A DNA stretch of 64,000 nt from Actinomycetota bacterium (GTDB taxonomy: Bacteria > Actinomycetota > CADDZG01 > JAHWKV01 > JBOGWP01), in NCBI GenBank assembly GCA_050693875.1, contig JBOGWP010000095.1, positions 9,232 to 73,231 of the forward strand, written 5' to 3'. The notes below the pieces were generated by a model. It was not told the origin of the DNA, made no database searches, and saw nothing but the letters and a program-made list of their open reading frames with translations. Both the position numbers and the translations under genes were made by a program. Numbering within the stretch: the first letter of the stretch is position 1; each line of letters starts with the position of its first letter. Of this stretch, positions 35,696 through 45,439 are shown in pieces.

Positions 35696-37708
35696 ATGCC
35701 GCCCTTCAAGCTCGTCTCCGAGTTCTCGCCCGCCGGCGACCAGCCCAAGGCCATCGAGCAGCTCACCGAGGGCCTGCTCGAAGGGATTGCTCGCCAGACC
35801 CTTCTGGGCATCACCGGCTCGGGGAAGAGCTTCACCATCGCGGGCGCAGTCGAGCGGGCGCAGCGTCCCACGCTCGTCATGGCCCCCAACAAGAGCCTGG
35901 CCGCCCAGCTGGCCAACGAGTTCAAGGAGTTTTTCCCGGAGAACGCGGTCGAGTACTTCGTCTCGTACTACGACTACTACCAGCCCGAGGCGTACATCCC
36001 CTCGAGCGACACCTACATCGAGAAGGACTCCTCGATCAACAACGAGATCGACCGGCTGCGCCACTCCGCCACGTCGGCGCTCCTCTCGCGCCGCGACGTG
36101 ATCATCGTCGCCAGCGTCTCGTGCATCTACGGCCTGGGCTCGCCGGAGGAGTACGAGATGCAGCTTCTCCGGGTTGCCGTCGGAGAGGAGGTGGCGCAGG
36201 ACGCGATGCTGCGCAAGCTCGTCGATATCGCCTACGAGCGCAACGAGCTCAACTTCGTGCGGGGCAAGTTCCGGGTCCGCGGCGACGTCGTCGATATCTT
36301 CCCGGCCTACGAGGAGACCGCCGTGCGCGTCGAGCTCTTCGGCGACACCATCGAGCGGCTGGTGCGGCTCGACCCCATCACCGGAGAGGTGCTCGACCAG
36401 CTCCCCTCGATCACGATCTTCCCGGCCAGCCACTACGTGGCATCGATGGCGCGGATGCAGCGGGCGATCAAGGGGATCGAGCAGGAGCTGGTGGAGCGCC
36501 TCGCAGAGCTGGAGACGTCCAACAAGCTGCTCGAGGCACAGCGGCTGCGGATGCGCACCGAGTACGACCTCGAGATGCTGCGGCAGGTCGGGGTGTGCAA
36601 CGGGATCGAGAACTACTCCCGCCACATCGACGGCCGGGACACCGGCTCGCCGCCCCACACCCTGCTCGACTACTTCCCCGACGATTTCCTCTGCATCATC
36701 GACGAGTCGCACGTGACCGTCCCCCAGCTGCACGGGCAGTACGAGGGCGACCGGAGCCGCAAGGAGACGCTCGTCGAGCACGGCTTCCGCCTGCCCTCGG
36801 CGATGGACAACCGGCCCCTGCGCTTCGACGAGTTCATCGGACGGGTCGGCGACCTGATCTTCCTCTCCGCCACCCCCGGCCCCTACGAATTGAAGGTCTC
36901 GAGCCGGGTGGTCGAGCAGATCGCCCGCCCCACCGGGCTGGTCGATCCCGAGGTGATCGTGCGGCCGACGAAGGGCCAGATCGACGACCTCATCCACGAG
37001 ATCCGCGAGCGGGTCGAGCGCGAGCAGCGCGTGCTGGTAACCACCCTGACCAAGAAGATGGCCGAGGACCTGACCGACTACCTGATCGAGGTCGGCATCA
37101 AGGTCCGCTACCTCCATTCCGACATCGACACGATCCAGCGCATCCAGATCCTGCGCGAGCTCCGTCTCGGCGAGTTCGATGTGCTCGTCGGCATCAACCT
37201 GCTCCGCGAGGGTCTCGACCTCCCCGAGGTCGCCCTGGTCGCCATCCTCGATGCCGACAAGGAAGGGTTCCTGCGCTCCGAGACCTCACTGATCCAGACC
37301 ATCGGCCGGGCGGCTCGCAACGTCGAGGGACAGGTGCTGATGTACGCCGACTCGGTCACCGATTCGATGCGCCGTGCGATCGACGAGACCAATCGCCGCC
37401 GAGAGATCCAGATGGCCTACAACGCCGAGCACGGGATCGATCCGAAGACCATCCGCAAGAAGGTCACCGACATCCTGCTCGCGGCGAGTGGCGACGGCGC
37501 GACTCTTCCGAAGGGCCGCGGACGCGGGCGCCGCCGCGAACGCGAGCGGCGCGAGGCGCTGCTGATGCCGCGTGACGAGCTGTCCCGGCTGGTGCAGTCG
37601 CTCGAGGAGGAGATGCACGAGGCGGCGAAGGAGCTTCGCTTCGAGTACGCCGCCCGCTTGCGAGACGAGATCGCCGAGCTGCGCCGCGAGCTGAAGGTCC
37701 TTACCTGA
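35696..37708 (+). CDS. uvrB: Excinuclease ABC subunit B
   Basis: 670 aa that reads as UvrB throughout (GITGSGKSF..., the [10 protein letters not shown] beta-hairpin, helicase motifs, and a C-terminal UVR domain). Confidence 0.97.
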   Translation: MPPFKLVSEFSPAGDQPKAIEQLTEGLLEGIARQTLLGITGSGKSFTIAGAVERAQRPTLVMAPNKSLAAQLANEFKEFFPENAVEYFVSYYDYYQPEAYIPSSDTYIEKDSSINNEIDRLRHSATSALLSRRDVIIVASVSCIYGLGSPEEYEMQLLRVAVGEEVAQDAMLRKLVDIAYERNELNFVRGKFRVRGDVVDIFPAYEETAVRVELFGDTIERLVRLDPITGEVLDQLPSITIFPASHYVASMARMQRAIKGIEQELVERLAELETSNKLLEAQRLRMRTEYDLEMLRQVGVCNGIENYSRHIDGRDTGSPPHTLLDYFPDDFLCIIDESHVTVPQLHGQYEGDRSRKETLVEHGFRLPSAMDNRPLRFDEFIGRVGDLIFLSATPGPYELKVSSRVVEQIARPTGLVDPEVIVRPTKGQIDDLIHEIRERVEREQRVLVTTLTKKMAEDLTDYLIEVGIKVRYLHSDIDTIQRIQILRELRLGEFDVLVGINLLREGLDLPEVALVAILDADKEGFLRSETSLIQTIGRAARNVEGQVLMYADSVTDSMRRAIDETNRRREIQMAYNAEHGIDPKTIRKKVTDILLAASGDGATLPKGRGRGRRRERERREALLMPRDELSRLVQSLEEEMHEAAKELRFEYAARLRDEIAELRRELKVLT

Positions 37709-37724
37709 GGGGGGGTGCCGCCCC

Positions 37725-37982
37725 TCAGCGTTCGTCGTCGACGAGACCAAAGTACCGCCGCAGCGGCGCGTCGCTCTCCTGCTTCGAACGGGGGAGCAGA
37801 AGGTGCTGAATCTCGGTGTCGAGCCGCTGGCGGAGCCGCTCTAGTCGCTCTATGCGCTCCTCGCACTCGAGACCGGCGCTCGTGCTGTTCCCCGGGAAGC
37901 GTCTCCGCCCGGCGCGCTCGGACGTCAACCTCAGGTCGACCGCGTCGATCAGGGCATAGACGTCTGCAAGGCTCAGCTTCAC
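37725..37982 (-). CDS. Hypothetical small protein (85 aa)
   Basis: GTG at 37980-37982 with AGGGG upstream. VKLSLADVYALIDAVDLRLTSERAGRRRFPGNSTSAGLECEERIERLERLRQRLDTEIQHL... No family recognised. Confidence 0.35.
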   Translation of the reverse strand: MKLSLADVYALIDAVDLRLTSERAGRRRFPGNSTSAGLECEERIERLERLRQRLDTEIQHLLLPRSKQESDAPLRRYFGLVDDER

Positions 37983-38236
37983 GGGGGGCACCCCTGTTCT
38001 GCTCGGTATTGGGATTAACGGAACCCAGCGGCCATGTACGCTTTTTTGGGCGTCCCCAGTTCTGCCTAGCAAATGGGGGAGGCCGGGCACGAACCGGGCG
38101 TGACTCACCCGCCCGGGGCCAGCCGTCGTCCCGGTAGACTGGGCCCTTCGAGCCAACTCCGGAGTGCCCACAACGTTCCCCTTCCCGATCGTCCTGCTCC
38201 TCTCCGGGGATTGCTCGCGGGAGGGGCGCTCGACTC

Positions 38237-38806
38237 GTGTCTGAAGGCCACCCCAGCACCAACGGGCACCGCAAGCCCCGCCGATTCGTCGACCCCACCG
38301 TTGCGCCTTCGCCCCCGCCGGAGCCGCGCGCCCGGTGGATCGTGGTCCTCGGGGTGGTCTCGGCCGCAACCGGCTTGTTCCTGCTCGCCGGCGCGTCGAT
38401 CGGCGCAGTGCTGGGTGGTGCGGGCCGACAGACCACGAGCCGGCTCGGGCCGGGGCTCGCGATCCTGGGGCTCGCCGTCGGTGGGTTGGCAGGCGTCTGG
38501 CTGGGGGCCTGGGCGGCCGCCCGCCTCGCCGGCACGGGCATGGCCGCGCCCCGGCCGGTGGTGGTGGCGATGGGACTCGGCGGCACGGCCGGCCTGGCCT
38601 TCTCCGTGCTGCTGCTTGGCACGCTCGGCCGATATGTCCCGGGGGTCGTCCCCCTGCTGGCGATGCTGTCGCCCGGCGTGGGGGCGCTGATCGGCCAGCG
38701 CGTGCAGGGGCGGATGGGCCGCCGCCGAGCGGAGCACCCGCTTGAGCCCGCGGAGCCCGCACCCAAGCGCACCCCCAAGCCGGGCCGGCAGATGCCGCGG
38801 GACTGA
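38237..38806 (+). CDS. Hypothetical membrane protein
   Basis: GTG start with GGAGGGG 8 nt upstream. Four Gly/Ala-rich hydrophobic helices. Confidence 0.5.
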   Translation: MSEGHPSTNGHRKPRRFVDPTVAPSPPPEPRARWIVVLGVVSAATGLFLLAGASIGAVLGGAGRQTTSRLGPGLAILGLAVGGLAGVWLGAWAAARLAGTGMAAPRPVVVAMGLGGTAGLAFSVLLLGTLGRYVPGVVPLLAMLSPGVGALIGQRVQGRMGRRRAEHPLEPAEPAPKRTPKPGRQMPRD

Positions 38807-38815
38807 CGCCCGAGA

Positions 38816-39151
38816 TCAGGGCGCGGTCCGGTCCGCCTCCCGGCGGGCCGAGACCCGGAGCCCGTGGACGAAGCCGACCACCGGGGCGGTCACCAGCGCG
38901 AAGGGAATGAGGTTGAGGACGAGCACCTCCCACCCGTCTGGTGCGCCCCCCGACCGGCCCACCGAGCGGGCATAGATCGCGAAGACCATGAACGGCAGGA
39001 TCCCGAAAAGGATCAGCCAAGCGGTCACCCCGGCCATCAGCACCGCCACGCGCTCCGCCTCCCGGCCGATCCAGCGGGTGAACGCCCGGGCGGCCAGCGC
39101 CCCGCCGGCGAGGAGGCCGACCTCGAGCACCGCAAGGAGGGTTGGGCTCAT
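38816..39151 (-). CDS. Hypothetical small membrane protein (111 aa)
   Basis: [21 protein letters not shown]...[17 protein letters not shown]...[16 protein letters not shown], three TM. Transcribed divergently from uvrA. The rest of ORF-track entry 38816..41914 is the uvrA shadow. Confidence 0.45.
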   Translation of the reverse strand: MSPTLLAVLEVGLLAGGALAARAFTRWIGREAERVAVLMAGVTAWLILFGILPFMVFAIYARSVGRSGGAPDGWEVLVLNLIPFALVTAPVVGFVHGLRVSARREADRTAP

Positions 39152-39211
39152 CGAGCTATTTTGGCACCGCCTCCCTGGGGCGCGGTGGCCCCCTCGACAC
39201 CATGAGGCAGA

Positions 39212-42094
39212 ATGGCGATCGTGCAGCGAAGCGACGGCGCCGGGGCGTCTGCCAGCAGCCTGGTCATCCGGGGGGCGCGGGAGCACAACCTCAAGGACGT
39301 CCACCTGGAGCTGCCCCGCGACGCGCTGATCGTGTTCACCGGCATCTCCGGCTCGGGCAAGTCCTCCCTCGCATTCGACACGATCTACGCCGAGGGGCAG
39401 CGCCGCTACGTCGAGAGCCTCTCCGCCTACGCCCGCCAGTTCCTGGGGCAGATGGAGAAGCCCGACGTGGACTTCATCGAGGGGCTCTCGCCGGCGATCT
39501 CCATCGATCAGAAGTCGGCCTCGCGCAACCCGCGCTCGACGGTGGGGACGATCACCGAGATCTACGACTACCTGCGGCTGCTCTACGCCCGGGTCGGCAA
39601 GCCCCACTGCCCCCGCTGTGGAAACCCGATCGTCCGCCAGACCGCTGAGCAGATCGTCGACCAGGTGCTGGCGATGGCCGCGGGTACGCGGTTCCAGGTC
39701 CTCGCCCCGCTGGTACGAGGCAAGAAGGGGGAGTACGAGAGCCTCTTCGAGGACCTCGCCAAGCAGGGGTTCGCCCGCGCCAAGGTCGACGGCAAGCTGA
39801 TCGACCTGGCGGAGAAGATCCGCCTCGACCGGTATTACACGCACGACATCGACGTGGTGGTCGACCGGCTGGTGCGCCGGGAGGGCATGGAGCGCCGGCT
39901 CACCGACTCGATCGAGACCGCGCTCGGCTTGGCGAACGGAATCGCGGCCATCGAACTCGTCGACTCGGGGGAGCGGCTGGCCTTCTCGCAGAACGCCGCC
40001 TGCCTCAACTGCGGCCTCTCCTTCGAGGAGCTGGCACCGCGGAACTTCTCCTTCAACACCCCGTACGGCGCCTGCCCGCGCTGCGACGGGATCGGCACCC
40101 ACCTCGAGGTCGACCCGGAGCTGGTGATCCCCGATCCCGACCGAACCATTGCCGGGGGGGCGGTTCATCCCTGGTCCGGAGCACGGCTGGAGTACTTCGA
40201 GCGGATGATGGAGGCGATCGGCGAGGCCTACGGCTTCGACCTGAACACGCCGTGGAAGGACCTCGCCGCCGAGGGGGCCGAGGCGATCCTCAGCGGAACC
40301 GGCGACCGCGAGGTGTTCGTCCGGTACCGCAACCGCTACGGCCGGCTGCGCCAGTACCACACGACGTTCGAGGGAGTCGTTCCATGGTTGGAGCGGCGGC
40401 GGGCCGAGGCCGAGTCCGAATACACCCGGGAGCGCATCGAGCAGTATTTCCGGGAAATCCCGTGCCCGGCCTGCAATGGGGCGAGGCTGAAGCCGGAGTC
40501 GTTGGCGGTGACGGTGGGCGGCTTGAACATCTGGGAGCTCTGCCGGCAGTCGGTCGACGACGCCCGGAGCTTCCTCGCCTCGCTCGAGCTCACCGAACGA
40601 GAGGAGGCGATCGCCCGCAGGGTGCTGAAGGAGGTCAACGCCCGACTCGGATTCCTGATCGACGTGGGGCTCGACTACCTGACGGTCGACCGGGCGGCTG
40701 CGACCCTCGCCGGCGGCGAGGCGCAGCGCATCCGGCTGGCGACGCAGATCGGAAGCGGCCTCGTCGGTGTGCTCTACATCCTCGACGAGCCGTCGATCGG
40801 CCTCCACCCCCGCGACAACCGCCGGCTCATCGACACCCTGGTGCGGCTGCGAGATCTCGGCAACACGCTGATCGTCGTCGAGCACGACGCGGAGACGATC
40901 CGCGCCGCCGACCACGTGGTCGACATCGGCCCCGGCGCCGGCGAGCACGGCGGCGAGGTGGTCTACGCGGGTGACGTGGACGGCCTGCTCGCCCACGAGT
41001 GGTCGCTGACCGGGGCGTACCTCTCGGGGCGGCGGGCGATCCCGTTGCCGAGCGACCGCCGCCGCCCGGACGGCCGGTGGCTCGTGGTTCGCGGCGCCCG
41101 AGAGCACAACCTCAAGAACCTCGACGTGCGGTTTGCGGCCGGCCTGATGACCTGTGTCACCGGCGTGTCGGGGTCGGGGAAGTCCACGCTGGTCAACGAG
41201 ATCCTCTACCGGGCAGTCCACCGCCACCTGCACCGCGCCGCCAAGATCCTTCCCGGCCGGCACCGGCGGATCGAGGGGCTCGACCACGTCGACAAGGTCA
41301 TCGACATCGACCAGTCGCCGATCGGACGGACCCCGAGATCCAACCCCGCCACGTACACCGGGGTCTTCGACCACATCCGCCGGCTCTTCGCCGAGACCCC
41401 GGATGCGAAGGTGCGCGGTTACCGACCGGGCCGCTTCTCGTTCAACGTGCGGGGCGGGCGTTGCGAGAACTGCCAGGGGGACGGCCAGATCAAGATCGAG
41501 ATGTACTTCCTCCCCGACATGTACGTCACCTGCGAGGTCTGCAAGGGACGGCGGTACAACCGGGAGACCCTCGAGGTTCGCTACAAGGGACGCACCATCG
41601 CCGAGGTGCTCGGCATGAGCGTGGAGGAGGCCCTCGCGCTCTTCCGGCCGATCACGCCCATCGCCCGTCATCTGCAGACGCTCTACGACGTCGGCCTCGC
41701 CTACATCCGGCTCGGGCAACCCGCGCCCACCCTGTCCGGCGGCGAGGCCCAGCGGGTGAAGCTCGCCTCCGAGCTGGCCAAGCGGGCCACCGGCAACACG
41801 CTCTATATCCTCGACGAGCCCACCACCGGGCTGCACTTCGAGGACATCGCCAAGCTCCTGCGCGTGCTCGACGGGCTGGTCGCCAAGGGGAACACGGTCG
41901 TGGTCATCGAACACAACCTCGACGTGATCAAGACCGCCGACTGGATCATCGACCTCGGTCCCGACGGAGGGGGGCGCGGCGGCCAGGTGGTGGCGGAGGG
42001 GCCTCCCGAGGCCGTTGCGGATGCGGAGCGCTCCTACACCGGGCGGTTCCTGCGGTCGGTCCTCCCGGCCGAAGCCTCGCGAGCGGTGGGCTGA
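39212..42094 (+). CDS. uvrA: Excinuclease ABC subunit A
   Basis: 960 aa with two ABC modules and zinc fingers ([30 protein letters not shown]). Confidence 0.97.
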   Translation: MAIVQRSDGAGASASSLVIRGAREHNLKDVHLELPRDALIVFTGISGSGKSSLAFDTIYAEGQRRYVESLSAYARQFLGQMEKPDVDFIEGLSPAISIDQKSASRNPRSTVGTITEIYDYLRLLYARVGKPHCPRCGNPIVRQTAEQIVDQVLAMAAGTRFQVLAPLVRGKKGEYESLFEDLAKQGFARAKVDGKLIDLAEKIRLDRYYTHDIDVVVDRLVRREGMERRLTDSIETALGLANGIAAIELVDSGERLAFSQNAACLNCGLSFEELAPRNFSFNTPYGACPRCDGIGTHLEVDPELVIPDPDRTIAGGAVHPWSGARLEYFERMMEAIGEAYGFDLNTPWKDLAAEGAEAILSGTGDREVFVRYRNRYGRLRQYHTTFEGVVPWLERRRAEAESEYTRERIEQYFREIPCPACNGARLKPESLAVTVGGLNIWELCRQSVDDARSFLASLELTEREEAIARRVLKEVNARLGFLIDVGLDYLTVDRAAATLAGGEAQRIRLATQIGSGLVGVLYILDEPSIGLHPRDNRRLIDTLVRLRDLGNTLIVVEHDAETIRAADHVVDIGPGAGEHGGEVVYAGDVDGLLAHEWSLTGAYLSGRRAIPLPSDRRRPDGRWLVVRGAREHNLKNLDVRFAAGLMTCVTGVSGSGKSTLVNEILYRAVHRHLHRAAKILPGRHRRIEGLDHVDKVIDIDQSPIGRTPRSNPATYTGVFDHIRRLFAETPDAKVRGYRPGRFSFNVRGGRCENCQGDGQIKIEMYFLPDMYVTCEVCKGRRYNRETLEVRYKGRTIAEVLGMSVEEALALFRPITPIARHLQTLYDVGLAYIRLGQPAPTLSGGEAQRVKLASELAKRATGNTLYILDEPTTGLHFEDIAKLLRVLDGLVAKGNTVVVIEHNLDVIKTADWIIDLGPDGGGRGGQVVAEGPPEAVADAERSYTGRFLRSVLPAEASRAVG

Positions 42095-42801
42095 TGGGAA
42101 AGCGCCCCAAGCCTCAGCTCGAGCGCACCTACCGCCCGCGGCGCCTCGTCGAGCCCTTCGACTGGTCCATGTCGGGGCCGGTGCGTGGGCTGCGCAGCGA
42201 TCTCCAGGAGCTGGTGCTGTTCCCGATCGTCCGCGCGTTCGCCCGCATCGACTGCCGCGGGAAGCAACACCTGAAGGAGGTGCGGGGGCCGGTGGTGCTG
42301 GTATCGAACCACACCTCGCATTTCGACTGCCCCGTCATCCTGACCGCGCTCCCGCACCGCATCCGCCAGCGGACGATCGTGGCCGCGGCGGCCGACTACT
42401 TCTACAAGGTACGGATGCTCGGAGCCCTCACCTCGTTGGCGCTCGGCACGATCCCCTTCGAGCGCCACGAGGGCTCGCAGGCCGGGCTCGAGCGCTGCAA
42501 GGAAGGCCTTCGCCGGGGGTGGAACGTGCTGATCTTCCCCGAGGGCACCCGCTCGACCACCGGCGGGCTGGCCGCCTTCAAGCGCGGGGCCGCTCATCTT
42601 TGCCTCGAGACGAAGTGTGCCGCAGTGCCGATCCACATCCGTGGGGCGCACAACATCATGCCGAAGGGGGCTACGATGCCGAAGCCCGGGCGGGTGGAGG
42701 TCCGCTTCGGCGCTCTCGTGCACCCGGAGCCCGGCAACGACCCCGAGGCGCTGACCAAGCGGCTCCACGACGCGGTGGCCGCGCTCGAGGCCGGGGCCTG
42801 A
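42094..42801 (+). CDS. 1-acyl-sn-glycerol-3-phosphate acyltransferase family protein (PlsC paralog)
   Basis: VVLVSNHTSHFDCPVI ... FPEGTRS. ATG overlaps the uvrA stop (TGATG). Confidence 0.8.
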   Translation: MGKRPKPQLERTYRPRRLVEPFDWSMSGPVRGLRSDLQELVLFPIVRAFARIDCRGKQHLKEVRGPVVLVSNHTSHFDCPVILTALPHRIRQRTIVAAAADYFYKVRMLGALTSLALGTIPFERHEGSQAGLERCKEGLRRGWNVLIFPEGTRSTTGGLAAFKRGAAHLCLETKCAAVPIHIRGAHNIMPKGATMPKPGRVEVRFGALVHPEPGNDPEALTKRLHDAVAALEAGA

Positions 42802-42835
42802 GGCGCAGCCGGCCCTCCCGACGGCGGGACACGGC

Positions 42836-43432
42836 ATGGGGATCTACGCGATCAAGCCGGCCTTCCGCCGGCGGCTCGCCGGGGCGAGCCGGTGGTGCGT
42901 CCGGCACGGCGTCTCCGCCGACACCCTGACCCTCGCGGGGGTGGTGGCCTCGCTCGCGGGAGGGGCTGGATTGGCCGGTGGGGTTCAGAGGCGCTGGCTG
43001 CTGCTCGTCGTCCCGGTGCTGGCGATCGGCCGGACGGCGCTGAACGCCCTCGACGGGATGGTGGCCGGCGAAGCTGGCACGGCTCGCCCCTTCGGCGAGG
43101 TGCTGAACGAGCTTGCCGACCGGGTCTCCGACGCGGCGTGGTTCGTCGGGCTCGGCTTCGCCGCCGGCATGTTCCCGGCACTGGCGGCCCTCGTGCTCGC
43201 TTACCTATCGTCCCAGGTGGGCGTCGCCACGAAGGCGGCCGGCGGCCCGCGGGTCTATGCCGGGATCATGGGCAAGGCCGACCGGATGGTGCTGCTCTCG
43301 GCCGCCTCGCTGCTGGCGGTGCCGATCGGACTCGTGGTCCTCACCTGGGCGGCGTGGATCGCCGCGGCCGGCGCGGCAGTGACGATCGCCCAGCGCCTCG
43401 CCGCCGGCCTTTCGGCCCTTCGCCGGCGCTGA
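42836..43432 (+). CDS. CDP-alcohol phosphatidyltransferase family protein (PgsA/PIS-like)
   Basis: DTLTLAGVVASL...GRTALNALDGMVAGEAGTARPFGEVLNELADRVSD matches the CDP-OH phosphotransferase motif D-G-x2-A-R-x8-G-x3-D-x3-D. Confidence 0.75.
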   Translation: MGIYAIKPAFRRRLAGASRWCVRHGVSADTLTLAGVVASLAGGAGLAGGVQRRWLLLVVPVLAIGRTALNALDGMVAGEAGTARPFGEVLNELADRVSDAAWFVGLGFAAGMFPALAALVLAYLSSQVGVATKAAGGPRVYAGIMGKADRMVLLSAASLLAVPIGLVVLTWAAWIAAAGAAVTIAQRLAAGLSALRRR

Positions 43433-43438
43433 ACCCGA

Positions 43439-44386
43439 GTGCCGCACAACCCGCTCGACCATGCACTGTTCGCTCCGACCGGACTCCGGGCGGGGGCCGT
43501 GCTGGCGGCGGCACTGCTGCTGATCCTGATCCTCGAACGCGGGCGTCCCCGTCCGGACTCGCCCCTGTTCCAGCGGCTGTCGTCGTGGGCGGTGATGGCC
43601 CCGGTGTTCACGGCCGCGGTGCTGACCGGCGGGGCGGCCGCCCTTGCGCTGGTGGTATTCATGACCGTGCAGGCCCTGCGGGAATACGCTGGGCTCGTTC
43701 GGCTCGCCCGCGTCTACGCCGGCCTCCTCATCGCCTACGGCGTGTTCGGCCTCGGGGTGACCGCCTGGTGGGGGCAGCGCTTCTTTCTCTTCCTTCCGCT
43801 CGGATTCTTCGCCCTCGCGGCCCTGCTGCCGCTGGTCCGCCTCGCCCGGGGCCCGGACGAGAGCCGGACGCCGTACGGGGAGCTCCTCCAGCTGGCCGCG
43901 ATGGTGCTGGGCTACCTGTGGATCCCGATGTTCCTCTCCTACTTCGTGCTCATCCAGCGCACCGAGGACGAGGGCGCCGCGATCCTCCTGCTGCTCGGAT
44001 TCGCGGTCGCGCTCTCGGACGTCTTCGCGTTCACGCTCGGCAAGCTGCTGCGCGGCCCGCGGCTCGCCACCGGCGTCAGCCCGAACAAGACCTGGGCGGG
44101 GGCGGCGGGAAACCTCGTCGGGGCGTATGTCGGATTCTCGATCATGGGGTTCGCCACCCCGGCCGAGTGGAGCTCCGCCACCCGTATCGTGCTCCCCGCC
44201 GTGGTCGCGCTCGCCGCCCTCTACGGCGATCTCATCGAGTCGCTCGTGAAGCGCGGGTTCGGCGTGAAGGACGCCGGTGGGCTGCTGCCCGGATTCGGGG
44301 GGTTGCTCGACCGCATCGACTCGCTGCTGGTGGCACTCCCGATCGGCTACTACGCGATGAAGGTGCTGCAGCACTACACCGCCTGA
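43439..44386 (+). CDS. cdsA: Phosphatidate cytidylyltransferase
   Basis: SPNKTWAGAAGNLVGAY...LLPGFGGLLDRIDSLL C-terminal signature. GTG start. Confidence 0.85.
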   Translation: MPHNPLDHALFAPTGLRAGAVLAAALLLILILERGRPRPDSPLFQRLSSWAVMAPVFTAAVLTGGAAALALVVFMTVQALREYAGLVRLARVYAGLLIAYGVFGLGVTAWWGQRFFLFLPLGFFALAALLPLVRLARGPDESRTPYGELLQLAAMVLGYLWIPMFLSYFVLIQRTEDEGAAILLLLGFAVALSDVFAFTLGKLLRGPRLATGVSPNKTWAGAAGNLVGAYVGFSIMGFATPAEWSSATRIVLPAVVALAALYGDLIESLVKRGFGVKDAGGLLPGFGGLLDRIDSLLVALPIGYYAMKVLQHYTA

Positions 44387-45339
44387 CCGCACGTTTCCGA
44401 GGCTTGCGCGTTCGGCGTCGCCTGGCGTCGTCCTGCGCTCAAGCTTCGCCGGACGCGGGCCGCGAATGCATCCTGCCGCTCCCCGACGTCTGCCTTGGTA
44501 GCGTGCATCACCCTCCAACCAAGATCCCCCAGGGCGTTGAGGCGGTCCCGGTCTCGTTGCCAGGCCGCTCTCCCCGAGTGGTACCGATAGCCGTCGCACT
44601 CGATCGCGATCCTCTGGTCCACGTACGCGAGGTCGACGCGGGCGATGACGTGGCCTCCGCTACGAACCTCGCGCTGCCGGACGGGTTCCGGCAAGCCCGC
44701 GCGACGCAGCAGCCGTATGACCTCCACCTCGAGGGCACTCTCGGCGGGCGCGGACTGCCCCCGCTCCTCCAACAGCGACCGTAGCAGCGCCGTTCCGGGG
44801 CGTCCTTGGCCCCCAGCCCGGCCAAGGGTCCAGCGCAACCTCGAAAGGCTCGTGAGCCCCCGCCGGAGTGCGTACTCCATGGCCCGCTCGACGAGAGACG
44901 CCGGCGCCACGGCACCCAGATCGAGGAGCGTGCGGCCCGGCTCGGTCAGCCGGATCCCGCGGACGGTCATGACGTCCACCCGGTCCAGGCGTCGCACGCG
45001 ATGGATGACGACCCCAGCGGCCCTTCCGTGTACGGGCCGCGCCGTTGAGATCTCGACGGGCCCGGCCTCGAAGCCGTCGAGTCCGAGGAGGGCGGCGGCC
45101 GACCGATGGGAGATCACCGCCGCCTCGCCGGCCCAGAGCGACGTCGCCATGAGGCGTTGCTCCCATCAGGCAGGAGCACCGGGCAGCCGGTACACACCCG
45201 GTAGCAGCTTCTCCCAGGCTCCCGATGTGACCCGGCGCTGAACGGTCCGTTGCGACAGTCCGCGCTGGAGCGCCTGCGAGGCGGTGACCAGACCCTGCTG
45301 ACTGCGGGCGAGTCGGGAGCAGGCAACGTCGGGGCCCAT
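44374..45339 (-). pseudogene. DUF559 (Vsr-like endonuclease fold) / AbiEi-like N-terminal domain protein, interrupted by an in-frame TGA
   Basis: One frame reads MGPDVACSRLARSQQGLVTASQALQRGLSQRTVQRRVTSGAWEKLLPGVYRLPGAPA-TGA(45166-45168)-WEQRLMATSLWAG...DLAYVDQRIAIECDGYRYHSG...GWRVMHAT. The ORF track splits it into 45166..45492 and 44374..45150. Confidence 0.7.
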
Positions 45340-45439
45340 TGCTGTTATGAAAGCAGCGCCCGGTGACAACCGACGAAGGTTGCGGTGGACGCCGCCAAGC
45401 GGCGGCGGGTGCGCAAACTTCGGCAACAATGGGCTCATC

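Noticed and set aside
38816-41914. 1032-aa minus-strand ORF
   Set aside because: It is antisense to uvrA. Only the first 111 codons (38816-39151) are upstream of uvrA and encode a small membrane protein.
45347-45439. ATG at 45347 as the uvrC start
   Set aside because: It would place the uvrC start 7 nt from the divergent DUF559 pseudogene start and add 31 residues not found in UvrC N-termini. The GTG at 45440 precedes the conserved GIY-YIG block.
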